Shown here in pieces: positions 19,126-27,727 of a stretch of 64,000 nt of DNA. The stretch is taken from positions 3,840 to 67,839 of the forward strand of contig JADJNA010000053.1 of the NCBI GenBank assembly GCA_016709305.1. Direction: 5' to 3'. Source of the stretch: Candidatus Villigracilis saccharophilus. GTDB lineage: Bacteria > Chloroflexota > Anaerolineae > Anaerolineales > Villigracilaceae. Each line of letters starts with the position of its first letter. The first letter of the stretch is position 1. Made by a program: the position numbers and the translations under genes. The notes beneath the pieces were generated by a model. That model was not told the DNA's origin. It was given only the letters and a program-made list of their open reading frames with translations, and did not search any database.

Positions 19126-20940
19126 ATGTCAACCACAACAATTTCCCCCGCCACATCACAACACGCTTCGCGTAAAAAGGTGACCACGCTCACGTTCCGT
19201 CAGAAGAAGGAACGAGGCGAACCGATCACCATGCTGACCGCCTATGACTATCCCACTGCAATGGCGATGGACAAGGCTGGCATTGATTCCATCCTCGTCG
19301 GCGATTCGCTCGGGATGGTCGTGCTCGGCTATGACAACACACTGCCTGTCACCATGGAAGATATGCTGCATCACGCACGCGCGGTCTCACGCGGAGCGAA
19401 GTCCGCGCTGCTGGTAGGCGATATGCCTTTTATGTCGTATCAAGTTTCCATTGAAGAGGCTGTCCGCAATGCGGGGAGATTTTTACAGCAGGCCGGCATG
19501 GACGCTGTCAAACTTGAAGGCGGACGGGAACGCGCAGACGCGGTCCGCGCGATCGTGGGAGCGGGCATTCCCGTGATGGGGCATCTCGGACTCACGCCGC
19601 AGTCCGTCCATCAACTTGGCGGATTCCGCGCGCAGGGAAAAACCGCATCCGCGGCAAAACGTCTACTCGAAGATGCGCACATTCTTGAAGATGCAGGCGT
19701 ATTCAGCCTCGTGCTGGAAGCTGTCCCTGCGCGGTTGGCTGAAACCATCTCCAAACAAATTTCAATTCCCACCATTGGCATTGGCGCGGGCGCGGGCTGT
19801 GACGGTCAGGTGCTTGTCACGCACGACCTGCTCGGCCTGTTTGAGCGCTTCACACCGAAGTTCGTCAAGCAGTATGCAAATTTCCACGCCGAGATGAACA
19901 GGGCTTTCACTGAATACCTCGATGATGTGGAAACAAAACGCTTTCCCGCCGTTGAGCACACGGTTGAGATGAGCGATGAAGAGTGGAGTGAGTTTGAAAG
20001 TTTAAAACGTCCAAATGTTGGAAAGTTAGTCATGAATAATCGTATCTTACTTGTTGGCACAGGCGCATTGGCAACGTTATTTGCGGCGCGATTGAGCGAA
20101 GCGGGGCATTCCGTGTCCATGCTTGGGACGTGGAAACGCGGGCTGGATGCCCTGCAAAAAAACGGCGCGCGCCTTGTGGATGCAAATGGAAACGAACGCG
20201 CGTTCAAAGTCCATGCGACGGATGATCCGTGTGAAGTGAGCGGCGCGAAATTCGCGCTGGTGCTGGTCAAGTCCTGGCAGACGGAACGCGCGGCCGGTCA
20301 ACTTAAAGAATCACTGGCAGGCGATGGGCTTGCGCTGACCCTGCAAAACGGACTCGGCAACCGCGAGACGCTCGCGCGCGACCTCGGGGTTGAGCGGGTT
20401 GCATTGGGCATTACCACCACCGGCGCGACTCTGCTCGGGCCGGGTTTGGTACGGGCAGGCGGGGATGGAGTCATCTCCATTGAACGGAATCGGGCACTCG
20501 GTCCGCTTGAAGCGGCTCTGCGGTCATCCAACTTTAATCTGCACATCGTCAAGGATGCGAAATCGCTGATGTGGGGCAAACTCGTCATCAACGCCGCCAT
20601 CAACCCATTGACGGCCTTACTGCGAATCTCGAATGGCGAATTGTTATCCCATCCAAATGCCCGTAAAGTGATGGCGGCATTGGCGCGCGAAACCGCGCAA
20701 GTGGCAGAGGCTGAAAAAGTGAACCTGCCTTTCAGCAATCCCGTCAGCGCGGCGGAGGATGTGGCGCGGCAAACCGCCACAAATCATTCATCCATGTTTC
20801 AGGATGTGCGGCGCGGCGCTCCAACCGAAATTGACGCCATCTGCGGCGCGGTCACAAGACGCGCCGAGAAGCACGGCATCCAGGCTCCCTACAACCGCGC
20901 GTGCTGGCAATTGGTGCGAGCCAGTGTCAGCCATGGATAA
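19126..20940 (+). CDS. panB: 3-methyl-2-oxobutanoate hydroxymethyltransferase (PanB) continuous in frame with 2-dehydropantoate 2-reductase (PanE)
   Basis: MLTAYD, LVGDSLGM, VGDMPF, VKLEGG, GHLGLTPQ, GIGAG..CDGQVLV; then GTGALA, VKSWQ, LQNGLG, WGKLVINAAINP, SSMFQD..TEIDAICG. Confidence 0.9.
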   Translation: MSTTTISPATSQHASRKKVTTLTFRQKKERGEPITMLTAYDYPTAMAMDKAGIDSILVGDSLGMVVLGYDNTLPVTMEDMLHHARAVSRGAKSALLVGDMPFMSYQVSIEEAVRNAGRFLQQAGMDAVKLEGGRERADAVRAIVGAGIPVMGHLGLTPQSVHQLGGFRAQGKTASAAKRLLEDAHILEDAGVFSLVLEAVPARLAETISKQISIPTIGIGAGAGCDGQVLVTHDLLGLFERFTPKFVKQYANFHAEMNRAFTEYLDDVETKRFPAVEHTVEMSDEEWSEFESLKRPNVGKLVMNNRILLVGTGALATLFAARLSEAGHSVSMLGTWKRGLDALQKNGARLVDANGNERAFKVHATDDPCEVSGAKFALVLVKSWQTERAAGQLKESLAGDGLALTLQNGLGNRETLARDLGVERVALGITTTGATLLGPGLVRAGGDGVISIERNRALGPLEAALRSSNFNLHIVKDAKSLMWGKLVINAAINPLTALLRISNGELLSHPNARKVMAALARETAQVAEAEKVNLPFSNPVSAAEDVARQTATNHSSMFQDVRRGAPTEIDAICGAVTRRAEKHGIQAPYNRACWQLVRASVSHG

Positions 20941-21039
20941 AGCGTGACATTCTTCAGTCATGATTGTGCCCCTGGGTATATCCGCAAATTTCCGCGCATG
21001 GTAAGATAAATAAAAATTTTCATGTTCGGAGGTATTTCC

Positions 21040-21942
21040 ATGCGCAAGTGGTTTTCAATATTGGTATTGGCAATATTTTTGGTATTTCCTTCATTAGCAT
21101 TCGCACAGACAAAAATAACTTTGGCAAGCATGAACGTGCAGTTATGGCCCGAGTACGATCAGCCCAGCATGCTGGTGATCACAGATTTTACGGCGGCGGC
21201 GAATACGAAGTTCCCGGTTGATGTTAATTTCCGCATTCCGCTGGACGCCAACCTGATCGCCGTGGCGGCCTATGCCGAGGACGGAAATCTGATAAATGCT
21301 GTTTTCGAGGGGCCAACCGCGAGCGGCGAGTGGCAGGTCTTTACTGTTACATTGGAAGCAGCGACCGCGCGTTTTGAGTATTACCAGCCGATCACATTCA
21401 GCGGAAACCAGCGCGTGTTCTCCTATCTCTGGGACGGCGATTACGCGGTGGATGCATTCGATATGCGCGTGCTCGAACCAGCAGACACGACCTCGCTGAC
21501 CACTGTTCCAAAACTCAATTCGATCTCACAAGAGAATGGACTAAAATATTTCAAGGGCGAGTCGGTCAAGCTGGCGGCGGGTGAACAGTTCACGCTCAAC
21601 CTGCAATATAACAAGACGACCGATACGTTGATCGCGTCCTCGCAGGCAGTCCAGCCGTCCGCGCCCGTGGATGAGAATACGCCCGGACGCGTTTCCTTAA
21701 ATAATTACCTGCCCTACGTTATCGGCGGTGTGGGTGTTCTTTTGATCGCGGGCGGATTTGTATATTACTTAAGATCAGGCCGCAGCACATCCAAAAAATC
21801 ACGACGCAGAGCGCACTCAACAAATACAGAGAGCGAGGAAGAGGATGAAGAATTATATTGTCCCCAGTGCGGAACGCGCGCAAAACCCAATGATCGTTTC
21901 TGCCGTGTGTGCGGCGGCAGGATAAGGCGCGCGGAAGGATAA
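21040..21942 (+). CDS. Exported/membrane-anchored protein with C-terminal zinc ribbon
   Basis: Signal peptide, LWPEYD motif, C-terminal TM, then YCPQCG..FCRVCG. Confidence 0.75.
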   Translation: MRKWFSILVLAIFLVFPSLAFAQTKITLASMNVQLWPEYDQPSMLVITDFTAAANTKFPVDVNFRIPLDANLIAVAAYAEDGNLINAVFEGPTASGEWQVFTVTLEAATARFEYYQPITFSGNQRVFSYLWDGDYAVDAFDMRVLEPADTTSLTTVPKLNSISQENGLKYFKGESVKLAAGEQFTLNLQYNKTTDTLIASSQAVQPSAPVDENTPGRVSLNNYLPYVIGGVGVLLIAGGFVYYLRSGRSTSKKSRRRAHSTNTESEEEDEELYCPQCGTRAKPNDRFCRVCGGRIRRAEG

Positions 21943-21963
21943 AACCTGCAATTCACAATTGAT

Positions 21964-22009
21964 AAAAGAGAGCCGCTAAAGCGTTACGCTTTAGCGGCTC
22001 TCTTTTTTT
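21964..22009. terminator. Bidirectional terminator
   Basis: aaaagagagccgctaaagcg-tta-cgctttagcggctctctttt. Confidence 0.85.
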
Positions 22010-22027
22010 ATTTACTTCTGTCTGGTA

Positions 22028-22750
22028 CTATTTGTCGTCGGGCTTGGAAGCGGGCTGCCCGGTGACCCGTTCGTACTCTTTCGCATGGAACTTGCGCATT
22101 TCATCTTCGGTCAAGCGCCCGGTAAAGATGCTCAGATTCAAGCGTTCAATATGAACATGATAGAAATGCCAGATCAGGATAAAGATCCCGGCGACGACGG
22201 CTTCGGTGCTGTGCGCCATCTTGGAAGCCGGAACAACTCCGCCCGGCAGGAATTGCGTGAACTGCACCGGGAACCAGATGATAAATCCACTGATCCCCAT
22301 GAGCGCCAGCCCAAAGAACAGGAACCAGTAGGTCACTTTTTGTTCAAAATTATATTTACCAAAGGCGGGCTTATCCTTGCGCAGGAAGAGCAGATATTGC
22401 AGCATGTGCCAGGCATCATGGATATCCTGCATGTTGGGGAACATATCCGCGGACATCTTACGGCGCGCCATCAAATAGATCGCGCGGCCGATATGATAGA
22501 TCGCTTCGAGGGTAAGCACGATCGCGGCAATGTGGTGGATCTGGCGGATCAAGTCCAATCGCTCCGGCGTGGATAACAGATCCTGACTCCACGACATATC
22601 GCGGTATTTTTGCGGAAGCCCGGTCAGCAGCAATACAGTCACGCTCAAGAAGAGGAGCGCATGCTCCCAGCGCTGCCCAAGGTTGAAGCGGGCAAAAAAT
22701 CTTTCCTGCTGTGCAACAGGTGTACGTTTAATGGTTTTCTTCGCACTCAT
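22028..22750 (-). CDS. FdnI/HydC-type diheme cytochrome b (CbcL-like b subunit)
   Basis: RWEH..LLLTGLP, IHH, YH, GKYNFEQK..YW, AHSTEA, WHFYHVH; about 4 TMs. Confidence 0.85.
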   Translation of the reverse strand: MSAKKTIKRTPVAQQERFFARFNLGQRWEHALLFLSVTVLLLTGLPQKYRDMSWSQDLLSTPERLDLIRQIHHIAAIVLTLEAIYHIGRAIYLMARRKMSADMFPNMQDIHDAWHMLQYLLFLRKDKPAFGKYNFEQKVTYWFLFFGLALMGISGFIIWFPVQFTQFLPGGVVPASKMAHSTEAVVAGIFILIWHFYHVHIERLNLSIFTGRLTEDEMRKFHAKEYERVTGQPASKPDDK

Positions 22751-23856
22751 GAAAGGGTACTCCTTACGCGGTCCACAATGGAGTGAATGATCTGAAGCAG
22801 GACGTAAATGATGCACGCCCACAAAATGAACGGGGTAAAGGATGTGTAGAATTTATCCACATAGAACAGGATGGGAGTGCGCTCAAGACTGACTTCGTTA
22901 TGTCCAGTCCACGCATCCACCCAGTTTGGACCGGCAGTCGGGTGACATTTTTGGCAGGCAGTCAGCAGGTTGGCAGGATTGACCTTGGAAGCCGGGTCGC
23001 TTGTCTTGCGCATATCATGAACACCGTGACAGTCGGTACAAACTGCGCTATCGTGCCAGACCGTGCCCCAGCGCGCTTTATATACGGAAATATCAACTCC
23101 GTGCCAGGAGCGTTTATAAATGCTGTACACATCTGATGAGAGGCCATACTTATCCATCAGTGCCTTGTCCGCGTGACAGCGCGCGCATAGTTCCGGGCTT
23201 TCCACGCGGAATTGATCGGTGCGTGCGTCTTGAATATTGTGCACGCCGTGACAGTCGGTACAAACTGGCACATCGGGATTGTCTTCCGATAACAGCGCTT
23301 CGCCATGAACGCTTTGTTTGTAAATATCAACAATTTCGCCGTGACATTTGCTGCAAGTTTCAGAAACCAAAGAGCGCGGCTCGTCAGGCTTTTGCGTATC
23401 GTGATGCCCATGACAGTCGGTGCAGACCGGGGCATTCTCATTCCCAGCCAGAGCGGACTGCGCGTGCATGCTATCCTGTGCCTTTGCGTAATTGGCGGAG
23501 TGGCATTTCTCACAAGTCTGATAGTAATTGAGCGAGAGTTCCCGTTTGGTCGCGTATTTCTGTTCAGGATGTGGATATGTGGAAATATTATTATGGCAGG
23601 CTTCACATTCAATGCCCTTGCTGCTGTGCACGGAATGGTCGAGTTGATCCTGCGAAACATACAGGGAAAGTTTCTCTCCGCTGGGGAGGGTCATGCTTAA
23701 GGATGAGTTACCATGACAGGATAGGCAGTATTTTTCTGTCTCCTGCATCGGGGGTCTGGCGTTGGCTGGGATTGTCGCAAATAAACTCGCGAACAGGACA
23801 ACGATGCCTGCAAAGATCAACCACGGCATTTGACGGTAAGGAGTACGCGTTTTCAT
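22747..23856 (-). CDS. Nonaheme c-type cytochrome (CbcL-like c subunit)
   Basis: 9 CxxCH motifs, signal peptide, C-terminal TM; stop overlaps the cytochrome b start. Confidence 0.9.
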   Translation of the reverse strand: MKTRTPYRQMPWLIFAGIVVLFASLFATIPANARPPMQETEKYCLSCHGNSSLSMTLPSGEKLSLYVSQDQLDHSVHSSKGIECEACHNNISTYPHPEQKYATKRELSLNYYQTCEKCHSANYAKAQDSMHAQSALAGNENAPVCTDCHGHHDTQKPDEPRSLVSETCSKCHGEIVDIYKQSVHGEALLSEDNPDVPVCTDCHGVHNIQDARTDQFRVESPELCARCHADKALMDKYGLSSDVYSIYKRSWHGVDISVYKARWGTVWHDSAVCTDCHGVHDMRKTSDPASKVNPANLLTACQKCHPTAGPNWVDAWTGHNEVSLERTPILFYVDKFYTSFTPFILWACIIYVLLQIIHSIVDRVRSTLS

Positions 23857-23859
23857 TGT

Positions 23860-24145
23860 TTAAGACTCCTTCTTTTTTGCAGGGGTGGCTTTCTTTTTCA
23901 CGCCCGCATTTTTATTTTTTATTGGCGCGGGATCTTGCCCGGCGTCTTTATTGGATTCCTCTTCGCCTGTTTCTTCAAGCATCTTCAATGGGTTCCGCAA
24001 GCGGCTCACCGGGATTATCATTTACAAGCTGAAAGCGCCGTAATAGATAAGAGATGCCAAACAGAATGCCGAGCGGAATCAGACAACGCAGGACGAACAT
24101 GACAGCCATGAATAAGGAACTGGTAAAGTTTTCGTTCATTGTCAT
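23860..24145 (-). CDS. Small single-TM protein, first gene of the cytochrome c/b operon (one apparent frameshift)
   Basis: RBS ggagggg; MTMNENFTSSLFMAVMFVLRCLIPLGILFGISYLLRRF then an acidic and Lys-rich tail. Confidence 0.55.
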
Positions 24146-24264
24146 CCCCTCCGTGATTGAAGTATCGAGCTGCTTGGTACATGGATTGTAGACATTGAAT
24201 CTCCAATAACAGGCGTAGATTAATTAAAGATAAGTATAATACGAAACCCGCAAATTCAGATACT

Positions 24265-24276
24265 TGACATTTGTCA
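24265..24276. promoter_or_regulatory. Palindromic operator TGACATTTGTCA
   Basis: Same motif recurs at 27533 and 30143, upstream of cytochrome genes. Confidence 0.65.
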
Positions 24277-24453
24277 TAAATTTAAGAATTACAGAGACGC
24301 GCCTTCAAATTTGGAAAGGTGTACGCTTCCTATTCGCGCGAAAAAACTATTTTTTATGTAATAACTCATCGGGCGCAAGGAAAACCCTGCCCTTAAGAAA
24401 AAATATCCCAGACATAAAATGATGTCTGGGATAAAGTGTTTCATTCCATTTTC

Positions 24454-25722
24454 TCAATGATGGTCTTCGTGTTTGCCTTTGAAAGGCAGGTAACGAGCCG
24501 CAAAACTGAACGCCAGCAGCCAGTAAGAAATGACAAGGGTGGCAACCGCGAACTCAACCCAGGTCGGCGCATAAGAATTGATGCGGATAATGGGCGTGTA
24601 CGGATCATAGGTGGAAGACGCGATCAGACCCGCAAAGTTGTAATTCCAGCGGGTCAGAATGGCAGCGAAGATCGGAATAACCGAGGCTGTCATCAGATAG
24701 CGGAAATTTTTGACGGATTTTGCTGCAAGCAACAGGGACCCGGCAATGGCAGGCAGGAGCGCCTGTCCAAGCCAGAACGCCATGGAATAGGGCGCCACGG
24801 CATTAAGCGCTTCTGTCTGCAGGGTAATGTTGCGGTCAAAGGAATAGTAGTTTGTGACCGCCCAATCCCACAGGCGCAGATAAGTGAGTAATAAGGTGAT
24901 GCCGCCGGCGATGCGCGCCACATCATAGAGCACATCGTCTTTGACCAGTCCCGGGCGCATAATGCGGAAGACCACCACGCTCATAAAGAACAACAGCGCG
25001 GTACCGCCGCTCATGGCGGAGAAAACAAACTGAGTCGGCGCGCTTTGATTGAACCAAACACCGCGCCCGTATAACACGGAGTAGGTCGCACCAAGTGAAG
25101 CCTGGTGCAGAAGGGAAAGTGTCAGCCCAACGATCGCCAGAACAGGACCAGCCTTGTGCAGCCAATGTGATAACCACTTTGCAAACTCCACCACCTTCTT
25201 TAAGATGGGGAATTTTTCGTGCAACGGATGGCCGTCAAAAAATGGGTGTTCAACAATAATGGGGATCAGTTCTGCCATCAACACGGTCAGGTAGAGCACC
25301 ACGCACATGGTGATCTCCCACAAGAGGGAGTGAACCTGCCAGAAGACAATCGGATGCCAAAAACGCAGCGGCTGCCCAAGGTCGAATAAAAGGACCATGC
25401 CCGCAGTGGAGTATCCAAGGAAACCAAGCAATACGGCCAGCTTGCCAACGATCTCAAAGCGCTTGATCTTCAAGAGGTAAACGATCACACCAAAGGCAAA
25501 AGCGGAGCCGCCCAGAGAAATGGACGAAAGGTCAACTGAGATCCACAATCCCCAGGGAACTCGATTCGAAAGGCCGGTTACCTGCAATCCGTCACGGAGA
25601 ACGACAAAAGCGCCCATCAAACCAAACACAACACCCAGGAGCAAGAAGCCGATCCAATATGGGAAGACATCAATTAGTTTTTTTCCGAAACGCAGTTTAG
25701 GGTAATTAATGGTGGTTTGCAT
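24454..25722 (-). CDS. NrfD/PsrC-family quinone-interacting membrane subunit
   Basis: VPWGLWI, DLGQPLRFWH, SLLWEI..C..LY, LHQASLG, YAPTWVE; about 10 TMs. Confidence 0.9.
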   Translation of the reverse strand: MQTTINYPKLRFGKKLIDVFPYWIGFLLLGVVFGLMGAFVVLRDGLQVTGLSNRVPWGLWISVDLSSISLGGSAFAFGVIVYLLKIKRFEIVGKLAVLLGFLGYSTAGMVLLFDLGQPLRFWHPIVFWQVHSLLWEITMCVVLYLTVLMAELIPIIVEHPFFDGHPLHEKFPILKKVVEFAKWLSHWLHKAGPVLAIVGLTLSLLHQASLGATYSVLYGRGVWFNQSAPTQFVFSAMSGGTALLFFMSVVVFRIMRPGLVKDDVLYDVARIAGGITLLLTYLRLWDWAVTNYYSFDRNITLQTEALNAVAPYSMAFWLGQALLPAIAGSLLLAAKSVKNFRYLMTASVIPIFAAILTRWNYNFAGLIASSTYDPYTPIIRINSYAPTWVEFAVATLVISYWLLAFSFAARYLPFKGKHEDHH

Positions 25723-25724
25723 GA

Positions 25725-26552
25725 TTAACTCCCTTGGAAGCGGTTGTCGGTTGTTGGGGGAATATAGTACACACGCGGTTCGGTGCTGAGTTCTTCACGC
25801 AAGCGCATGGTGGTTTTTGCTTCGCTCAGTGCGATCGAAATGGGGCTTTCAGGGTTGTTCATATCGCCGAAGATCCTCGCCACGGTGGGGCAAGCCACGA
25901 CACAGGCGGGAGTCGCTTGCGGGTCAACGCCGGGTACCAGACCGCGTTCCAGGCCCGGGTCAATACGATGCGTGCAGAAGGTGCATTTTTCCACCACGCC
26001 ACGCGGGCGGTTCTCAACTTCCTGCAAACCAAAGTTCGGTGACTGCGGACTGCGTTCGATCGGTTCCTTCCAGTTAAAGACACGCGCATCGTAAGGGCAG
26101 GCCACCTGACAATAACGACAGCCGATGCAGCGGTCGTAATCCATCGCAATGATCCCATCTTCACGATGATAGGTCGCCTTGACCGGGCAGACATGCACGC
26201 ACGGCGCTTCCTGGCAGTGCATACATGGACGTGAAAGGAAGAACTCCTCCCCGCTTTGTGTGGTCTCATTTGTGACAACGCAATAACGCATATCGTCGGC
26301 CAGATTATTGACCGCTTCGCAAGCGAAGGTGCAGTACTGGCAGCCAATGCACAGGTTAATATCGATCAACATGCCCCATTGCGGACCCTTGCCTTCTTCG
26401 CCGCCGGATGAAGCCTTGGCGGTCATATTGCTCATGGCAACCTGGGCAACTCCCGCCGCGACAGCAAGCCCGCCGGCGAGTTTCAGAAAATCACGGCGCG
26501 AGGTCGCGGCATTTTCCGGTTCAGGTTGTTCGTTTTTAATTTCGCTCATCAT
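25725..26552 (-). CDS. Tat-exported 4x[4Fe-4S] ferredoxin (NrfC/DsrO-like)
   Basis: SRRDFLK Tat motif; CIGC..C...C, CMHC..APC..VCP, CIGCRYC..ACP, KCTFC..PAC...CP. Confidence 0.92.
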   Translation of the reverse strand: MMSEIKNEQPEPENAATSRRDFLKLAGGLAVAAGVAQVAMSNMTAKASSGGEEGKGPQWGMLIDINLCIGCQYCTFACEAVNNLADDMRYCVVTNETTQSGEEFFLSRPCMHCQEAPCVHVCPVKATYHREDGIIAMDYDRCIGCRYCQVACPYDARVFNWKEPIERSPQSPNFGLQEVENRPRGVVEKCTFCTHRIDPGLERGLVPGVDPQATPACVVACPTVARIFGDMNNPESPISIALSEAKTTMRLREELSTEPRVYYIPPTTDNRFQGS

Positions 26553-26585
26553 AAGTCTCCATTGTGTTCGTTTGGAACGACAAGG

Positions 26586-27398
26586 CTATTTTTTATCAGA
26601 GGGTTTGCCGGGGTCTTTGCCTACAAGCGCCCAGGAAAGTATGCCGCCGATGAGCATGCCTGCGAACACCAGCGTCCAGGAGGGCATTTTTACTCCGCCG
26701 GTAACAGGGGCGGCGGGTTCTTCAGTCGGCTCGACCGTGACAGCGGCCATCGCGGCGGGTGTGGTGACAACTTCCACATCAAGACCGGCGTCGAGCATTC
26801 GGCTGGCCTCATGCAGATCAGTATGGCATTCATCACAGGTCTGCACAGCGACGATCAGGGTATGATTCCTGTCTTCGCCCATGTGGCAGTTGACGCAGCT
26901 TAGTCCCGCTTTGAAATGAGTGGAGCCAAGGATGGATTCCATTTCTTTCTTATGGCAGTTCTCGCAAACTGTGCGCGAGCCATCGGAAATTTTCAAACCC
27001 TGGGAATGCTGTTCATGGCAGCTCACACACGTCAGGCCGACCTTTCCATGCTGGCTGAGGGCCAATTGCCCGGCAATGTTCTCGCCGGCCACATCGGTAT
27101 GGCAGACCAGACAGGTGGTCGCTTCACTTTCAACGGTATATTTCGTTTCAGCTGGGTGACTCCCAGCATTGTCAGCCAGTTTATGGCAAACCAGGCAGCT
27201 TACATTGCCCGTGTTGTGATGACTTCCTTCCCACAGAGTGGCAACTTTGGCATGACAGCCCATACAAGTCTCGACATTAGGATCCTGCAAGTCTGCTGTC
27301 GCAGAAACTTTTTGTGATGGGGAAAACACCAGGGCAGCAAATACAGCGATCAGGGCGAACGCCACAAACGGAACGATCATTTTTTGAAATTTTTTCAT
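26586..27398 (-). CDS. Heptaheme c-type cytochrome, C-terminally membrane anchored
   Basis: 7 CxxCH motifs; signal peptide; C-terminal TM. Confidence 0.88.
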   Translation of the reverse strand: MKKFQKMIVPFVAFALIAVFAALVFSPSQKVSATADLQDPNVETCMGCHAKVATLWEGSHHNTGNVSCLVCHKLADNAGSHPAETKYTVESEATTCLVCHTDVAGENIAGQLALSQHGKVGLTCVSCHEQHSQGLKISDGSRTVCENCHKKEMESILGSTHFKAGLSCVNCHMGEDRNHTLIVAVQTCDECHTDLHEASRMLDAGLDVEVVTTPAAMAAVTVEPTEEPAAPVTGGVKMPSWTLVFAGMLIGGILSWALVGKDPGKPSDKK

Positions 27399-27532
27399 AT
27401 TACACATTCTCCCGAAATACAGAAGGATTTATCCGATTTGATGTTAATTGTTAATACCCGGCTAAGTAAGTGCAGACTGTCACAAACCAAGATAATGAAT
27501 GTCACCGAAGTTTTAATCAGATTCTCATTCTC

Positions 27533-27546
27533 GTGACATATGTCAC
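27533..27546. promoter_or_regulatory. Perfect palindrome GTGACATATGTCAC in the divergent promoter
   Basis: 14-bp perfect palindrome; degenerate copies at 27470-27483 and 27492-27505. Confidence 0.7.
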
Positions 27547-27727
27547 TTGGAATTGAAGCCTTATTAACTGGATTTTAATGAATAACTACTATAAAATTCT
27601 AGAAAATCGGACAAAATTGTCCGATTTTTCGTGAAAATTAATGCAAATTTCTGGAGGCACCATCGAAAAATAAAAAGTAAATAATAAGAAAGTCTGGTTT
27701 GAAACTTAATAAGGAGAATGTAAGAAA

